A stretch of 64,000 bases of DNA from Octopus sinensis (taxonomy: Eukaryota): NCBI RefSeq assembly GCF_006345805.1, contig NC_043008.1, positions 21,514,001-21,578,000 of the forward strand. Direction: 5' to 3'. Numbering within the stretch: position 1 is the first letter of the stretch; each line of letters opens with the position of its first letter. Positions 61,360 to 64,000 of this stretch are shown here, one piece after another. The notes below the pieces were generated by a model. That model had not been told where the DNA came from and made no database searches. It worked only from the letters and a program-made list of their open reading frames with translations. Position numbers and translations under genes: made by a program.

Positions 61360-62947
61360 AGCGCCAGCCTTGACAGCGGCTGGACGTGTTCCTCACTGCT
61401 CTGACAGTTCGGTGGCTGAAAGCCATAGAACACTAATATGGGCCAGTTTAGCAACAGGGAAAATAACTCTCAAAGACTGGAACCTCTACAATACCTCGTG
61501 AGTATTTGAAATTCTCTTCAAAGTGGGTTAAGAAATTTACAAATTTACATATCTGCAGCTTCAAACATCACCGATCGGCTTTAAAAACTTTAATACCACA
61601 ACTGCCTCTGTAAGCACCCTTTTTTTTTCTCCTCTCTAAAAACATCACGCTTTTCTTTTTGTGGACTTGCAAAACCCTAAAACTTTCTATGAAAATCTGA
61701 CTTTTCTTTGCTTCCTCCCAGAATATTCAAATACAAATTTAAACATATACTCTTTATTGCAAAAACACACCTGTTCTTCTAACTGGACATACAAAACATC
61801 TCTAGAGGGGTCAACTTCAACCTCCACAATATTACCTTGCACGAAATATACAAACACTTTTTATTGCAATAACACAAACGCACATGGAAAAAATAATGAT
61901 GCTAAGATTCTCTCTGGTCGAACACAGCTTCTCTATTCACAAATAATACAGAACAGCCCTTCAAAATAAGTTAAGAAAATTTACAAATTTACATATCTGC
62001 AGCTTTCAAACATACATCCGATCGGCTTTAAAAACTTTAATACCCACAACTGCCTCTGTAAGCACCCTTTTTTTTCTCCTCTCTAAAAACATCACGCTTT
62101 TCTTTTGGTGGACTTGCAACCCTAAAAATTTCTATGAAAATCTGACTTTTCTTTGCTTCCTCCCAGAATATTCAAATACAAATTTAAACATATACTCTTT
62201 ATTGACAAAAACACACCTGTTCTCTCTAACTGGACATACAAAACATCTATAGAGGTCAACTTCAACCTCCACAATATTACCTTGCACGAAATATACAAAC
62301 ACTTTTTATTGCAATACACAAACGCACATGGAAAAAATAATGATGCTAAGATTCTCTCTGGTCGAACACAGCTTCTCTATTCACAAATAATACAGAACAG
62401 CCTTCAAAATAAGTTAAGAAAATTTACCAAATTTACATATCTACAGTTTTCAATCATACATTCGACCAGCTTTAAAAACTTTGATACCCACAATTGTCCT
62501 GTAAACATCCTTTGTTTTCTTTTTTTTCCTCTCTCTAAAAACATCACGCTTTTCTTTTTGTGGACTTACAAAACCCTAAAACTTTCTATGAAAATCTGAC
62601 TTTTCTTTGCTTCTCCCTGAATATTCAAATATAAATATAAACATATACTTTTTATTGTATAAAACACACCTGTTCTTCTAACTGGACATACAAAACATCT
62701 CTAGAAAAGTAACTTCAACCTCCACAATATTACCTTACAGGAAATATACAAACACTTTTTATTGCAATAACACAAACGCACGTGGAAAAAAAAATGATGA
62801 TGCTAAGATTCTCTCTGGTCGAACACAACTTCTCTATTCACAAACAATACAGAACAGCCCTTCCTTAATTTTTCTTAAGCCTAATAGTAGTAAACATCTG
62901 AACTTTTTTTGACCGATAGGACCCCACCTAAAAAAAAAAAAAAAAAA
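61360..62947 (+). mobile_element. Poly(A)-tailed LINE 3' fragment (L1/Tx1-like CCHC region) with internal tandem triplication
   Basis: Frameshift-corrected NC.LCKHP.FSPL.KHHAFLFC-like CX2C...HX4C motif in each unit; A18 run at 62930-62947; clade assignment is inference. Confidence 0.6.
61520..62863 (+). repeat. Three tandem units of 443, 443 and 458 bp
   Basis: Units 61520-61962, 61963-62405, 62406-62863, each ending cagcc(c)ttc. Confidence 0.95.
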
Positions 62948-63314
62948 TATCACTGATGGTGATGATGATAATAATGATAGTAATAGTGCTGATAATCTAT
63001 CTATCTATCTACACACACACACACTCAAAGAGTTCAACCAACACAAAGAAAGTATTATTTGACAGGCAAGAACTCTGGTGTGAAGACAGTCAGCCAGCCA
63101 ACCACCAAGCCAGCAACGAGACAGACAGACACTACTGTGATGGTGATAATGATAAAAACAAAAATAACAATAATAAGATACTGCTGTGACTACACATAAA
63201 ACAATATCATTGATGATGATGGTGGTGATGGTGATGATGATGATGATGATAATGATGGTGAATGGTGGTGATAATGATGATAGTGATGGTAATGGTGATG
63301 ATAATAACAATAAT

Positions 63315-64000
63315 AAGCCGACTACGGCTGCTATAATGGTACGATTATAATTGTAACGGCAATGATGGCCGTCTCCCCACGAGCCAATCAAAGCTAAAAA
63401 ATGATAACATTATCGTAGCACCAAAATGTTTTTGGAAACTAAAAGGAAAACTAAATCAGTATACCAAATCGCTTGTCCTATGGTTAATCTGGAAGCGCGT
63501 CCCCCAGGGAAGAGCCAGCCTGGGATCGAAAAGTCATCAACTGGCACAAACTCTTCTCCGAATACGGACATGGATGGTCACTTGAACGGGAAATCCCCCA
63601 ACTCGAGCCCTCCAAGTTCACCACCACAACCACCACAGAAAGAAAAATGTAAGCGGAACAAATGGACCCGAGAAGAGTATAAAGAAGTAATATACGCTTA
63701 TTACTATGCATTAGGTAGGCCATCTCAAGAGAGACACACCGCAAACTCTTACAGTATATGGAGAACACGAATCAAGACAGTAGGCCCTATTTGGACGAGA
63801 ACAAATTAGCAAATGTGAGGAGGATACTTAGAAATAACAGACTCACAGACAGTGAAATAAGCGCGATCAAGCACGCAACGAAAAAGACATAATATAAGAC
63901 ACAAAGGAAATGAAGAATCAGATGAACAGTATAGCCCGCCACGAGGCTTAATTGAAAGACTGCCATCTGACCAAAGTACGCAAAGGCCTGAAGATACAAG
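63315..64000 (+). mobile_element. 5' end (UTR + N-terminal ORF) of an R4/Dong-type element, continuing beyond the window
   Basis: KRNKWTREEYKEVIYAYYYA...YSIWRTR / DENKLANVRRILRNNRLTDSEI resembles R4-clade N-terminal region; frameshift near 63770; preceded by (GAT/GGT/AAT)n. Confidence 0.8.

Overview
AT-rich animal genomic DNA saturated with microsatellites and transposable elements. The SINE families and repeat landscape suggest an octopus/cephalopod genome (inference). No host gene, true tRNA/rRNA gene or CRISPR array can be supported; only a few low-confidence candidate exons were seen. The long ORFs in the supplied track are mostly microsatellite artefacts. Recognisable content: about 30 tRNA-derived SINE copies in several families (many with clear TSDs, some nested, dimeric or module-shuffled), two nested mariner elements, R4/Dong-type restriction-like-endonuclease (RLE) retrotransposon fragments embedded in (TAA)n and (CATA)n arrays, RTE and CR1-type LINE fragments, several Penelope-like elements (one with a GIY-YIG remnant between ~585-bp inverted arms, others with hammerhead-like motifs), a non-autonomous Helitron, a poly(A)-tailed LINE 3' fragment with a 3 x ~445-bp tandem triplication, and a 3.2-kb (CTT)n-type polypyrimidine tract. 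Best leads: a CR1 LINE and a SINE family sharing a 3' tail with a covarying stem-loop, an RLE element that appears to sit specifically in (CATA)n, combinatorial SINE head/tail shuffling, fold-back junctions in Penelope insertions, and an unexplained ~55% GC, 115-codon open frame at 33.36-33.71 kb. SINE family labels (A, B, heads X/Y, tails P/Q/R) are my own working labels. Coordinates were counted by hand; ends of degenerate elements are approximate.
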